Shown here: one piece after another, positions 1 through 12,444 of the stretch
How positions within the stretch are numbered: position 1 is the stretch's first letter
Layout of the letters: each line of letters opens with the position of its first letter
Notes under the pieces: model-generated
Database searches by the model: none
Told to the model about the DNA's origin: nothing
The model's input: only the letters and a program-made list of their open reading frames with translations
Made by a program: the position numbers and the translations under genes
NCBI GenBank assembly: GCA_010093605.1
Contig: MU004181.1
Location: 2,108,001 to 2,172,000, forward strand
DNA: 64,000 bases
From: Lophium mytilinum
Taxonomy: Eukaryota
Direction: 5' to 3'

Positions 1-1568
1 ACACGCCGTTCGTCTTCGCCTTCTTTGCTGCGGCAGGCTCATCCCCAGCGAGACCGTCCGCATCTGCATTGTACTTTCGGGCTTCCTTGACCTCCCATTT
101 CCCGGTGCCGCTCTGAAGTGGCGGGATACCCGAGCCCATAGCCTTGAGCGGCTTGCCCTCGAGTGCTCGTAGCCTCCTCTCGATCTGAACTCTGTGCATG
201 TGTCCCATAGCGGACTTCTCCTCTTCTGTAGGCTCGACTCCCTTGCCCTCACCACCCGTGCCCCAGTCCGCTAGCGCGTCAACACGCAGTCCAAGCGCAG
301 CCTTGCTGGCGAGCATCCTGGCGATCTTTCCCTTGTTGCGGCCGGTAGCTTGGCCGATCAGCGAAGCGTGATAGATGAGTCCGTATTTGGGAGTATCGTG
401 TTTAGTCTTCAGAGCGCGGAAGAGGGCCTTCTCAGCACCGAGGATTTGCACAGTCGAACCGGGAGATTTCGCAAGGTTCATGAGAGAGCCAGCGTGAGCG
501 ATAAGTCGTGCACCGACCAACTCACCAACCAAGGCTGTCAGATTTGGAGCAATTGCGGTCTGCATACACTGTTAGTAGGGGCCAATTTGAAATGTCTCGG
601 GGGTTGCATACCATGCGAGCGGTGAGGTAAGATGAGAGCTGCTGTCGGTACTCGGTGAACATGGCCACTTGCTCAGCCAACATCTTGATGTTGTCCAGAT
701 CCTCCTCCGTCATTTCAGTACCCATGCTGACTTCAGCAGCCGCCTTCACGGCCGCTTCGATCTCTTCGGGCAATATAGTAGACAGATCGGTCTTGTGGGC
801 GTCGGTGCGCATACCCATCTGGAGAATAACGCGAGAATACGCAACGTTGTCGTTAATGATCTTAGCCATCTCGGGGAAGTGCCATCCGTACCATTCCTTG
901 ACGCGCATAGCGTAGGTGTTCAGCTCTTTATCCAGGTCATCGAGGAGCGCTGTATTGCGTTAGTTTCACGGCTGGGATGGGCAGCGGGACTTGAATTACA
1001 TACCAATGGCTTGGATAATCATGGTGTCGACCTTATCGGGCGAGAACTTCAGCTTGTGTCGGCTCAAGGAATGCGATAGACCCAAGTTCATAGTATTGAC
1101 GTCGCTTGGGAGAAGTCCAGGAATTAGAGACGTGAGATGTTCTCTGATAGCTCGGTAGACGTCAAAGGTAGTCGAGTCGGCAATGGGTGCGAGGGACAGT
1201 CCTGGGAGCTTGTTGATCGCATTCGCCAGCTTGGGGTCGGCGACGGCGAGGGAGGCCTTGGTCTCATCTTTGAGGGTATCGAGCAGTTGGGCGAGGCGTG
1301 GGGTAACTTTTCCTTCGGTGATGGCAGCAGTCTCGTCAAGCGCGGTGGTGGCATTGGGATATTTGTCGAACTTCTTCAGCTTGAGCCTGGAAGCATGATA
1401 TTAGTGTATGCTTTTGCGCAAGTCTCCTGTCCTACGAGTAACTTACAGACTGCAGATTTGCTCAGCGCTCTCCATGTCGGTCGCATCCCGCTGGAGCAGC
1501 TTTTTGTCCTTGGCCTTGAGAAGCGCATAGCCGGCCGACGTCTCGGTGAGGATAAAGAGAGGAGCCAT
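1..1568 (-). CDS. NOP58: Nucleolar protein 58 (box C/D snoRNP core), 3' end runs off the window; introns ~1387-1446, 950-1003, 560-611
   Basis: Starts [23 protein letters not shown]; contains [42 protein letters not shown] and [36 protein letters not shown] (Nop domain). GT..AG introns with CTAAC-type branch sites restore the frame. Confidence 0.95.
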
Positions 1569-1926
1569 TTCGGCTAGTTTGGCAGGAGCAGAGCGTTGGC
1601 GGCGGTTGTTGCGTGGGCTCTGGGTAGCTCCTGGTGTATGGTGGGAATTTTTGAGGAAAATTATCTCGAGCTTGCCTTCCGAGCTAGGGCCGCCAAGCGT
1701 CTAACCGCAAGCACACTAGCCGAACTCCTTCAACCACGGCTCTCCTACCCTTGTACTACTGTTTTCGATAATTGTATTCACTCCGAAACAATTGCGTTGC
1801 TCTCCTAAATCTCACCAGACTGACGCACACGGCTATTGAGCTAGTTGTTGCCATGTTTAGAATAACTCCCTGAAGAACCCCGGAGCCCCAAACCCCCACA
1901 CTTCACATCGTAACCCACAAGCCTAG

Positions 1927-3594
1927 ATGGCTACAGCTACCGACCGAAAGGTCTCCGCAGGTCGCCCTCGACCCACTCCTTCACGAGTACAAGACCTCGC
2001 TGCGACGCCTGAAGCTCCTCGTACACCCCTCCTCCGCTCTACCTCCTCCATATACGGCGGCTCTCCAGGAGGCAGCTTTCGATCCGAAGAAGAATACATA
2101 GTCCTTGAGCTGGGCTCCCGATACTTGCGAGGTGGCTTTCCAGGGGAGAGCGCACCAAGATGCACGCTGAATTATGGTCCAGATCAGCAGCGAAGAGTAG
2201 GGGACTATCGACAGTGGGACCCAGAGTATGCCTCCAAACGCAGAAAGCGGAAACGAGGCGAGGAGTGGGGACGCGAGTACGAATTGTATCGAATGGATCT
2301 GAGGGAGGAGGATTTGGGGTTGATCGAGGACAAGTTTGAGAGGGCCATGCGGGAGGCCCACAACAAATACTTCCTACTGGATCCAAAACCGCGTCGAGTG
2401 CTGCTAGCGCTGCCGCCTCTTATGCCCCGTGAACTGCTGTCAACGTTTCTGTCAGTTCTGTTCGCCAATTGCCAGGCGCCTAGTGTGACGCTCTTGTCAT
2501 CGCCGATTTTGTCGACTGTAGCTGCCGGCCTACGGTCGGCATTGGTGATAGATATCGGATGGGCAGAAACTACAATCACAGGCGTATGCGAGTTTCGGGA
2601 GGTACATCAGCGCCGAAGCATACGAGCGGGAAAGTACTTGAGCGAAGAGATGGCTAAGATGCTTAACGCAGAGTTCACTAAGAAGGGCACCGGAAAAGCT
2701 GGCGACGATGTTACTTTCGAAGAAGCAGAAGAAGTGCTGTCGCGAGTGGGCTGGTGCGACACTCTTGACGAGAAAACCTCGAATGGCGACGATGATTTCG
2801 TAGATGCCCCTGACGAGCTACCCGATCCATCAATTTCGATTCCTTTTCCACTCGCAAGTCCCCCGACAACGCTCACCTTGCCCTTCTCGACACTTGCATC
2901 ACCCGCAGAGACGGCGATATTTGCCTCCGACACCCCACTTCATGACTTCGACGACCACGACCTCCCGTTGCACGTTCTTGCATATCGTGCCCTTCTCTCG
3001 CTTCCAATAGATGTCCGCCGAGTCTGCATGTCTCGCATTATCATCACAGGAGGCGTGTCCAACCTCCCCGGTCTCAAGACTCGCCTCCTCAAGGAAATCG
3101 ACAACCTTGTGCAGCAAAAGGGATGGGACAGTGTAAAGTCATATGGGTCGGCAAATGATAGGCACGAGCGTCTCATACGGGAGCGACAGCAACGGTTACA
3201 AGCACGTTCATCTGATGCCACGAAAGTGAGCGACACTACAAAACCGGATGTCGAGTCTGCGCCAGTACCTGCAGGCCTCGCGGAGCCGGAAACTGACCCC
3301 ATCGCGGACAAACTCGCTCACCTTAACATGAAAACGATACCCTCTGTAACGGCTATTGGGGGAGTTATTCGTGGAGTTGAGTCACTGGGAGCCTGGGCTG
3401 GTGCATCACTAATTGCTCAGATGCGTGTGAAAGGAATTGTTGAGATTGAACGGGACAAGTTCTTGCAACATGGGCTGCAAGGGGCTAGTCGAGAGAAGGA
3501 AATCAGTGTTGTACCACAGCGCCAGAGCATGGGCCCGGGGATGCGTCCCGGTGCAGGAGACAGAGGAAGCTGGACGCTTGGTGTGTGGGCTTGA
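1927..3594 (+). CDS. ARP10: Actin-related protein, Arp10/RO7-like (dynactin pointed-end subunit)
   Basis: 555-aa single-exon ORF with actin-fold motifs IVLELGSRYLRGGFPGE, SALVIDIGWAET, IIITGGVSNLPGLKTRL and GAWAGASL. The C-terminal SWTLGVWA is typical, as I recall, of filamentous-fungal RO7/Arp10. Confidence 0.8.
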   Translation: MATATDRKVSAGRPRPTPSRVQDLAATPEAPRTPLLRSTSSIYGGSPGGSFRSEEEYIVLELGSRYLRGGFPGESAPRCTLNYGPDQQRRVGDYRQWDPEYASKRRKRKRGEEWGREYELYRMDLREEDLGLIEDKFERAMREAHNKYFLLDPKPRRVLLALPPLMPRELLSTFLSVLFANCQAPSVTLLSSPILSTVAAGLRSALVIDIGWAETTITGVCEFREVHQRRSIRAGKYLSEEMAKMLNAEFTKKGTGKAGDDVTFEEAEEVLSRVGWCDTLDEKTSNGDDDFVDAPDELPDPSISIPFPLASPPTTLTLPFSTLASPAETAIFASDTPLHDFDDHDLPLHVLAYRALLSLPIDVRRVCMSRIIITGGVSNLPGLKTRLLKEIDNLVQQKGWDSVKSYGSANDRHERLIRERQQRLQARSSDATKVSDTTKPDVESAPVPAGLAEPETDPIADKLAHLNMKTIPSVTAIGGVIRGVESLGAWAGASLIAQMRVKGIVEIERDKFLQHGLQGASREKEISVVPQRQSMGPGMRPGAGDRGSWTLGVWA

Positions 3595-4893
3595 AGAGTG
3601 GGGGAGGAATGGGGGTCCTCGCCCAAAATGATTCATTAGTGAAATACCCTTGTAAGAGCTTTAAAGTGCCTCGACGAAAGTCTGGGCACGCTTGCTCACC
3701 ACCTTCAGAGGTGTTTCGACGCGCTCATAAAGTTTTGATAAGACATCAATTTTCTGAGAGCTTAGGCTAAAGGAGCTCCATACGCTGACCAGTAGCCTGA
3801 CTGCCGCTGTTTGTGGTGCCGTAGCGCCTCATTGGAATTCGATATGAGATGGAAAAGATGGTCTACCCAAACTTCTATCCTAGTACTGTATGCCCTATGG
3901 CCCCGCTTTCACGACCTGTGATAAACCTAATAATAGAAGGAAATGCATATACTCGGCTGTAACTGTGGTACAAACAATTTCATACCTTTAATATACAACC
4001 GAATTTTGATAAGTTTTGTTGGTCAGCTGGATTTACTTCACATCTTATCTATCAAGTCCGTGAAGTGACGTGATTGGTTTAATCTCGCGTAGCGGATTCC
4101 CCCCCCGAGCAGCTGAAAGGAGAGCTTCTTCCGACCAGGCCCCAGTACCGGCACAACACACTAAAGACGGCCTTAATCCGACGGTAGAAGGACGATGGTA
4201 CGAATCAGACTAGCCGATAGAGAAGTCTTCGTGTGCTCTACTGCAGAAGTATGACCTCAAAGCACTTCGATTTGACAGAATGAAAGAGACCATACAGGTT
4301 GTCCGCGAAAGAATCCAATGACCAATTAATATTAGAGCAGACACAGCAGATCACCAGTCAATTGAAGCCAGGATGCGTAATATGCTGCCAAGATTGTGCG
4401 AAGCATGGAGAATGCCTGTCTTCTGGAAGAGCGGAAACACGGCACGAAAATGTGGCTTGACTATGCCTACTTCAGACCTCAACATCCACCACTCTCGAAA
4501 GCATGACGCCCCACCAGTTGGGGTTGGGCACATTCCCATCCTTGATCGCGCGCAGGTTAGCAATGCGGCGCCCTTTGCGAACGGACATCAAGCCGCAGGA
4601 GCGTCCCTCTGAATCATGCAGACAGCCATGGTGGCTTTCTTGCTTTTCTTCCGTTCTGCGTCAGCCTACCTCTTTCTTCTCATACTTATTTCTCTTTTAT
4701 TTGCACAAATTTCTCCTTTTTGGCACTGCTGAGTTGAGGTTTATGTCCGTTTGGGGGCAAACGACCGCTCGGTAGTATATACCCCGAGTGGAGTCATCGC
4801 GAAAGATTTACACCTTTTTCAATCCTTACCCTGGAGCACTTCCCGCGACTACGAGCTACTTTGTGCGGCTTCGCTGTACGTAGGCCTAGCAGA

Positions 4894-6936
4894 ATGGCCA
4901 AAGATGCGCCAGACGCCACTACATCGCCACCAGGCTCGATTTCTCCCAAAACGAAAGAACTAGATATCGAAACCAACGACCGCAAATCCTCCGTCTCCTC
5001 GCGATCCTCGATATCGTCCAGTAGTGACTCAGAACGCGAATCCGACTCAATCCACGAGACCAGCCGTCATGGATACAATGTGGAGGCGGATGAAAAGCTC
5101 ACACCGGTGGTGTCACGGATGAGCGCCGTGACGGGAATATCAGTCGCAACAAATGGAACAACAGACCCTGCGTTCGAGGTTGACTTTGAAGAGGGAGACG
5201 GAGCCGACCCAAGAGAATGGAGTATGCTAGTCAAGTGCTTGATCATCGCCTGCATGAGCATATGTACTACCACCGTAGTCATGTACTCAACGTCGTACGC
5301 CTCTGGAATTCCGGGCATGATGAAGACTTTCCATATCGAGGATGAAACCATAGTAGTATTGGGATTAACAACATATCTACTTGGACTTGCGCTGGGCTCA
5401 ATTGTGCTCGCGCCTCTCTCGGAGATGATGGGGCGTAGGCCAATATATCTAGTGTCTTTGTCGCTTTTCACCCTCTTGATAATTCCATGTGCTCTAACGC
5501 CGACATTGGAAGGGATACTAGTTGCGCGATTCTTTGGTGCAATTGCTGGAAGCGCAATGCTGGCAAATGCCCCTGGAACGATTGCCGACTTGGTCAATGA
5601 AGAATATCGCGCCCTTGCGTTCAGTGTGTGAGTGAACTGCCCTCGCCACTAAGTAATGGTTCTGACAACATGCAGATGGTCTATAGGTCCTATGAATGGG
5701 GTTAGTCACTTCCACAGCTCATTCCCTCTTCTGGTTCTCGTGTCACGTGCTAACAGATGTCTTCGCGCAGCCCGTGCTCGGTCCACTCGTCGGCGGTTTC
5801 ATATACCAGAATCTAGGATGGCGGTGGACTAACTGGGTTGTTCTCGTAAGAAAATCTTTCCAGCGAAAAGGTTTTACTAACGCGCCGATAGATGCTTGCA
5901 GGCTTCTCCACCATCTGCATTGCTTGCGTGAAGGAAACATACGCCCCCGCCATCCTTCGTAAAAAAGCAGCCAAGGCTAGAAAGGAGACAGGAGATGAAC
6001 GCTGGTTTTCGCGCTACGACAACAAGAAGGAGCTGATTCCCCTGCTGACCGAAAACCTGAAGCGGCCATGCATCATGGCCGTCACCGAGCCCATCTGGTA
6101 TGTTCTGCTCTCCCACATACACCCTTCGTTCCAACACCTTCACTAACACTCCACCCAGCATATTCTGGAACCTGTACATCGCCATCATCTACGGCATCCT
6201 ATACCTCTGCTTCGTCGCCTACCCCATCGTCTTCTCCGACCTCCGCGGCTGGTCCCCCGGCCTCACAGGCCTAGGCTACCTAGGTCTCGGCATCGGCGGC
6301 CTCATCACCATCTGCTGCGAGCCCCTTATTCGCCGCATGATCAACGCGCACCGCAAAGATCCCACGACCGGCAAGGTTGCTCCAGAGGCCATGGTCTCTG
6401 TTGTCATCATTGCTGCTATCAGCATCCCAGTTGGCGAGCTGATCTTCGCCTGGACCTGCACGCCCAACGTTCACTGGGTCGTCCCCATCATCGCCGGTAT
6501 CCCCTTTGGAGCTGGTAATTGCGCCGTCTTTATCTACGCTTCGAACTATCTCGTGTACAGCTATGGAATCTATGCCGCGTCGGCGCTGGCGGGCAATGCC
6601 GTCCTCAGGAGCATCATGGGAGGATGTCTTCCTTTAGCTGGTCCGTCACTGTACGCGAAGCTGGGTCCGCATTGGGCGGGTACGTTCCTAGGGCTGTTGG
6701 AGGTCTCGCTCATACCTATCCCGTTAATCTTTTGGAAGTATGGGCACAGGATCCGGAAGAGGAGTGTGCTGATCAGTCGGATGCGGGAGGATCAGGAGAG
6801 GGCGGAGGCGAAGCAGCGGAAGGCGGCGGATAGGGCGGAGCGGACGAGGAGGCGCGAGGAGAGGTATGGGGTGGCGGATGCTGAGGAGAAGTCGGCGGCG
6901 GAGGCGACGAAGGAGAAGGAGGTTTATGAAGTGTGA
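4894..6936 (+). CDS. MFS multidrug transporter, DHA1 family (12-TM); introns 5628-5675, 5701-5770, 5846-5891, 6098-6158
   Basis: Motifs DPREWS, LAPLSEMMGRRPIY, RFFGAIAGS, GPMNGPVLGPLVGG, GWRWTNW, ETYAPAILRKKA, YAASALAGNAVLRS. Splice sites join the three ORF-track pieces, including a 25-bp exon at 5676-5700. Confidence 0.92.
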
Positions 6937-7079
6937 GCCGTGTAGATTCTTGGCGTTGATTCAGCGGGCATTGAAGGGGGAGCGTGTAAAATGTCCCGAA
7001 GCCTTCATGTCGAGTTAGCGGTCGTTGCTGAGCCTTTAACGCCACAGCGATACAAGTACAAGAACATCGAGCATCCACC

Positions 7080-7425
7080 AACGAAGATCAAATCACCGCC
7101 AATCCCTCTCGTCAACACGAGTATTGTGGTCACTCATGTCACGTCTAAAAAGACTATGGCCGTCATGCTTAAGAAGTCGGTGCCTAAGGAGGCTATTTTA
7201 AATGGCGATCTAGATGTGGATTAACTTAAACTTGCGGCGCTCTACAATATCCTAAAGACTAAACTTAGGTTCGATCTAAAGAGCCACCTACTCACGGCTG
7301 AGTTCGCTGGCAGCGATGCGTTTAAGATAAACAACTTAGACACGCTCTATAGCGTAGTCGAATCGCTTATGTTGCATACTGGAATCATATACCTCAAGAT
7401 AATTAAGAGTATTGCAGACGAGTGA
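7080..7425 (+). pseudogene. RIP-like mutated coding relic of unknown family
   Basis: The frame reads as protein (KSPPIPLVNTSIVVTHVTSKKTMAV...DLDVD*LKLAALYNILKTKLRFDLKSHLL...IADE*) with one internal TAA. Visibly rich in TA/TAA; no start or promoter seen. Confidence 0.35.
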
Positions 7426-7773
7426 ATAATCGCGGCTGAGATGAAAGCAGGGTTGGCTATCGAAGCATGTAGATGTTTGGAAAAGCATATCTACTGCAAG
7501 CCCGAAAACTGGTGAAGCACATCTATGATCTATCGGCAACCTTGGTGTCACTACGGAGGCAGCAGGCGGTAGTGGCTGGAGTTTGGGCGTGGACAAAATT
7601 GTTGATATTTGCATTTTCTATTTATGCTCATGATTCTTCCCGTGCGAAAGGTAAATAGATAAAAGAGAGCTTGCAATACATGATATGGTTGTTAACATGC
7701 CGATATGAGACTGGGTATGCTTGCAGATGAGAACGAGTGGGATACATAACATAGACCCTTTTACTTTGAAAGA

Positions 7774-7927
7774 GCTGGAGGTCTACCTTAGGATAATGAA
7801 CGCAGAAGCTCATGGTACGCGGGAGTATTGACAAACTTTGGAAAACAAACGCTGGAGGTCTAACTTAGGATAGTGAACGCAGAAGCTCATGGTACGCGGG
7901 AGTATCGATAAACTTTCGAAAACAACC
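7774..7927. repeat. Tandem duplication, 77-bp unit x2
   Basis: gctggaggtcta.cttaggata.tgaacgcagaagctcatggtacgcgggagtat.ga.aaacttt.gaaaacaa starts at both 7774 and 7851. Confidence 0.9.
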
Positions 7928-9700
7928 TAAGCACCCAAATTCGATAGTGGCGCGGGAAAACCCACGGTGGCCGCCGAACCATGTCCTGTCCGTCCCTTCT
8001 ACAACGTGTTGGATGTACCGCGGGTTGGCTGGCGGCGGGACTTTGGCTGCGTTTAGAGAGACATACTCTTTAAGAACACCGTAATACCTGTCCTTACAGC
8101 CCTTGCGGACTTTCATCCCAAGCTCCGGCAAGTCCTTGATGTTGGTGAGCTTTGTACGGCCCTTGCAATTTCCCACGCATTGAGGAACCATGTTTTCGAT
8201 GTTCATGGTGGTTTCTTTGGTGGGAGGAGGGCTTTCTGACCGCTCGTTGTCATGAACTGTGCAATTAGTGCACAGCATTTCATGGAATGGTCGACCGCTG
8301 TCACTTGGTTGAAGCTCGGAGAACGCGGTCTCTTGGCCGCAATCAGTGCAGTAGGCGAACTTTGGGAGTTGCGGTTCTTCGGCGACTAATAAGCTGTCAT
8401 CTGCAGGGCACCACTCGAGTGTATTGTTGACAGGCTTGATTCCAACCCAAGTCTTGAGAGCAATCATTAGGATGAACGCCGTGATGTACACAAACCATAT
8501 GTGACGTCTGAGGCGGCAGGGTCGCTACAATTCGGATGTGGTCGTCTGTTTTGTAGCTATCGAAATCTTCGGCATATGCGTAGCTGATCCGCGCTGTCCA
8601 CTTGTGTTGGGAATTGCGTCGCAGGGACATAACAAAGTAGACATCGTCAGTGTCGTCCTCTGGCGGAATGTTTGGTAATTTTAGGATTGAACCGATCGAG
8701 ATGATTCTTGATGCGATTAGCGACAAAGTTGGTATCGTGATAGCGGTTAACACCTGTTTCGCGAGCCATGCGTCGTCCACGTCCTCAAAAATGATATGAA
8801 GACGTTGGCCATGTTTTTCTCACGCTGCATTTCGATATATTGTTGGATCGGGTGGAGTCCAATGGTTGACATAGTGCGTACTCTGCGGGGTCTAGGGGTG
8901 GTATGTGTTTGTGGGAGATGTTTGTCTCCAAGGTCGACGTTAGTGCGGTGCAGTACTTTCTCCATTATGGACATCGCTCCCAATTTCTCTTGGTGGATTG
9001 AATCATGAACTCACATTGCTAGCGGTTCTCTCGCTCCATGGTCGGGACTTGAAGTAGAATGGTCGACGTCGATATCTGGAGTCTGGAGGGGCGGGTTTTC
9101 GTACCGGTTGACCGAGCGCAGTTTTGTGGGCTGCTCCGGGGCCTCGTTCTGGCGGCGCTGCTTGTGAGGAGGGGTCTGGAATAGAAACGTAGATGGGAAT
9201 GGAGTCCGAACATCGTGTTAATTGAGCTGTGCGGATGATGGCGGTCGCATGTTGCCGTGGGGGAGGTCGCCATAGTGCGTCTCCTCGTTCTCATCCTCAT
9301 CCTCATCCTCATCCTCATCCTCATCCTCATCCTCATCCTCATCCTCAAACAAAGGTCGTCGTGAATGGGCGGAGCGGGGCGGTATGGCACTGGCAGCTAG
9401 CTGCGGTGCAATCCTGTTGCTGTGGTATGGATGCTGACTCATCGGCGCGAAGCCCGGAGTGGTGAGGAAGATGAGGTGCGGCGGTCGTACACCAGCGCGC
9501 TCGGTGAGTGTTTCGAGAGCTGGGTCCTGTCTCGGGCGAGGCTAGTGTATTGAAGGAGCGGACCGCGGGTGCCAAAGGGAGCTTGGATTGAACTGACGGG
9601 GGTTTGATGCTGGTGCTGTCCTGCTTGCCGACGTCGAGTGAGGTCTTGTCACGGAGGCACTGTGGATGAAGGTGAGCTGGACGAAGCCGCGCCCGGCCCA
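7865..9700 (-). pseudogene. Fragmented large gene: low-complexity/acidic N-terminal part, central globular domain, C-terminal multiple CxxC zinc-finger-like motifs
   Basis: Overlapping minus-strand ORFs 9345-9701, 9218-9442, 8747-8983, 8397-8780 and 7865-8491 join through stops and frameshifts (9218-9442 and 8747-8983 share a frame). Motifs CTDC, CTNC, CVGNC..(R)KGC and CLGC. May extend to ~10.8 kb. Confidence 0.55.
9291..9347. repeat. (TCATCC)~9.5 microsatellite, encoding an (ED)n tract on the minus strand
   Basis: Perfect hexamer run seen directly. Confidence 0.95.
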
Positions 9701-11067
9701 TATCTTTCTAGCTAAGACGCTTGGCTGGAGATGAGAGTATTCCGTATTACTGCCGCAAGTAGTACAACCGGCCAAGTCTGGTAGCTGCACTTCCTGGGTT
9801 ACCAACAGTTTGGAATTACCCGGGCGCCAATTGCAGACTCTGCCGGAAGGTTCGAATTCAACGCAGGTCTCAAACGCAATTGTAAGGAGCGACGCGAGAG
9901 TCCATTTGTATACCACGGATGTCTGTGATGGGAAAGTCGCTATGCCTCTGACCAGATGGTATCGAAAGTAGGAAAGAGCGGGGCACCCAAGCGGAGCGGC
10001 CAACACAGCATGAACATCATCTGAAAAGAAATTACAAGCGCTAAAGGCACTTAAAGTTCTACAGTAGCATGTTCGTACAAAAACAAATGTATATAAGTGG
10101 TCAACTCCTGAATCAGGGATTGCCGACCATCGCATTGCAACCTAGGAACCTTCAAGATGCACTCTAACTGAAAATAAACTGAACGAGAGCGTATAAGGCT
10201 GAGAAAACATTCAGAGGTAAGAGAAAAATGGATGAAGTGCTCAGTACCGACGGAGGAAGAGGGGCCAGAGGTGCTGGGCCCAGATACCGTGGGCGAGTCG
10301 CATTGCCAATGCCACAAGAATCTCCTTGAATGAAAACCCCACAGCCTCCGAGGCATTATTATCGGGCTGTGCGAAATAACTCAAGGAACGTGCCGAAAGG
10401 AATTTTTAGAGCGCAGTGAATGCGTGGAGAAGCTCTTCGAACCCATCTATGGATCCCTATTGTCGGTCGAATCATTCTCCTCCCAGGTCATGAAGTGCTC
10501 CCACGGTTCCCAAACAGACAACTATCGAAATCGCCCCTGATCGAGAGAGAATGGATCCAGACCGCCACCTGATCGATGGTATCAACCGTGGGACATCATC
10601 AGTACCGAATATCGATGAGGGCAATGTCGCAGCTCAAACCGTCTTCTCGACACCTACGTAGGCTTTGCCAAAATTCAGAGGGGGTATCTTGTTCTCCTAG
10701 TTTGTTGTCCTTTATTCGCCAACTCTGCTGCTCTACAAGGTCCATCGGGGTTGTCTGGCGAATGTTCGGTTGGTGCTGTGAGTCTGGTACCCAACGAACC
10801 TGTGGCACTGAACATAGTTCCGGTTGACGTCGACCGTGGTAGAGGGCAACTCAATCATCAGAGCGCACCCCTCAAAAAGTATATGAAGACCTCGACATCC
10901 CTCTGCAAAGCACTCACACTCGACACACGACACAATACTTTCTCACCAACAGTACACTAATAGCAAAACGAAATAGACCAACGAACCGCAAGCTCTCTAA
11001 CTAGACTTATAACAGAACACCCCACCCCTAAGCACAGCAAAAACCTAACGCACAACCGTCATTCAAT

Positions 11068-12074
11068 ATGACCACGACAAGTATGGTAACTAGGCACCAG
11101 ATCAGGAAGGAGGCCGAATCTAAGGCCACAGCCGAGAATGAGAAGGCAGAGATTTGCGATGCAGCCATTGCGCTTATTCGGCTCCATAATGACGAACAGC
11201 TGGAATATCAAAAACTTCGGGAGGCACAAGACACTAGCCGGGCAGCCTTCGAGGCTGCACAAGACCGTCGTGAAGGAAGTCCTGATTCGCAGAGCACGAT
11301 CGACGAACCCAACGTGCCGGCGACTTGCAGGGAAGGGCGAGCGGAAGCGGCAGTTCAAGCTCTGAGACAGGCACGACGGACCGGAGCTGAAAGATTGGAT
11401 GCAGCGGCAACGATGTTGGAATTGATGCACGTGGCTGATCCTGCAAAGGGAAGAGCCGAAGTTCAGGCTCGGAATGAACGTATTGAAAGATGCGTGAAAA
11501 AAAATTGGGCTCTAGGGTATCCGGATGTGACACATCCGGCGGCGAAACGCGAGATGGAACGTCAGAACAACGAGCTGTTGGAAAGAAACAAGCCTAGACT
11601 AACTCCGAAGAGGAAGGGAAAACAGGTAGCTGCACCCAACAGGCTCCGTCTGACTTGGAACAACAAAAAGGCTGACCGCGAGAAGAGCGAAGAGGAGGAG
11701 GCTGAGCGCAGGAAGAGCGAGGAGGAGGCTGAACGCAGGAAGAGCGAGGAGGAGGAGGCTGAACGCAGGAAGAGTGAGGAGGAGGAGAATGCTGAAAGCG
11801 AAGATGATCACCGCGAGCGTGGACATGTAAGTCGATATCTACTTCCATGGTCCCGAAAAGGCTACAAAGGCGTAATGAAGCGTTGCTAACGACGATATAG
11901 ATGCCAAGCAATACTGCCAGCGAACCCAAAGTGTACGCACCTCTACCAGGCTCATTGAGCCGCAATGCTGTCGAGCCCGCCACGTCTTCTTCGAGCGAGA
12001 AACGAAAAGCATCGAGTCTTGCCGATGGAAGCCCGCCGAACAAGAAACCATCCATCGATCATCAACCTTCTTGA
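11068..12074 (+). CDS. Hypothetical charged/coiled-coil protein with KSEEE(E)AERR repeats; intron 11827-11900
   Basis: 273-aa open frame. A phase-0 intron (GTAAGT..GCTAAC..TAG) joins it to a second exon MPSNTASEPK...DHQPS* ending at 12074. No family recognised. Confidence 0.6.
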
Positions 12075-12444
12075 ATCCCAACATCAACGAGAGTCACCCC
12101 TAGACCGAAAAATCCTATCGACTTCTCGTCTGGGTTGCTTCTTTCGAAAAATGCCAACAAATATCTAGTCGACTATGTGGATTTCAACATGAGTAATATG
12201 AAAGAAACGTCAAAACGAAAACTCCGAGGCCACACGACAAGCGACCGAGATCGACAGAACCTGAAGCGGGAAGTTTGGATCATGAAATGGGACGCATCCA
12301 GCTCTTTACATTTCATGGAAAGAACCGGAAACTACACCTTGTTTGCAGTATTGGGAGTCTTGCGGCAGAGTTAACGTTCGAATTTCTTTTATACATCTTT
12401 GGTCGGGGCCAAGGAATCATATCTTTTGTTTCTTTTATCACGAA

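Noticed and set aside
1569..1926. RRPE/PAC-like motifs in the NOP58-ARP10 divergent promoter
   Set aside because: Only loose matches (gggaattttt, gaaaatt); cannot be distinguished from chance.
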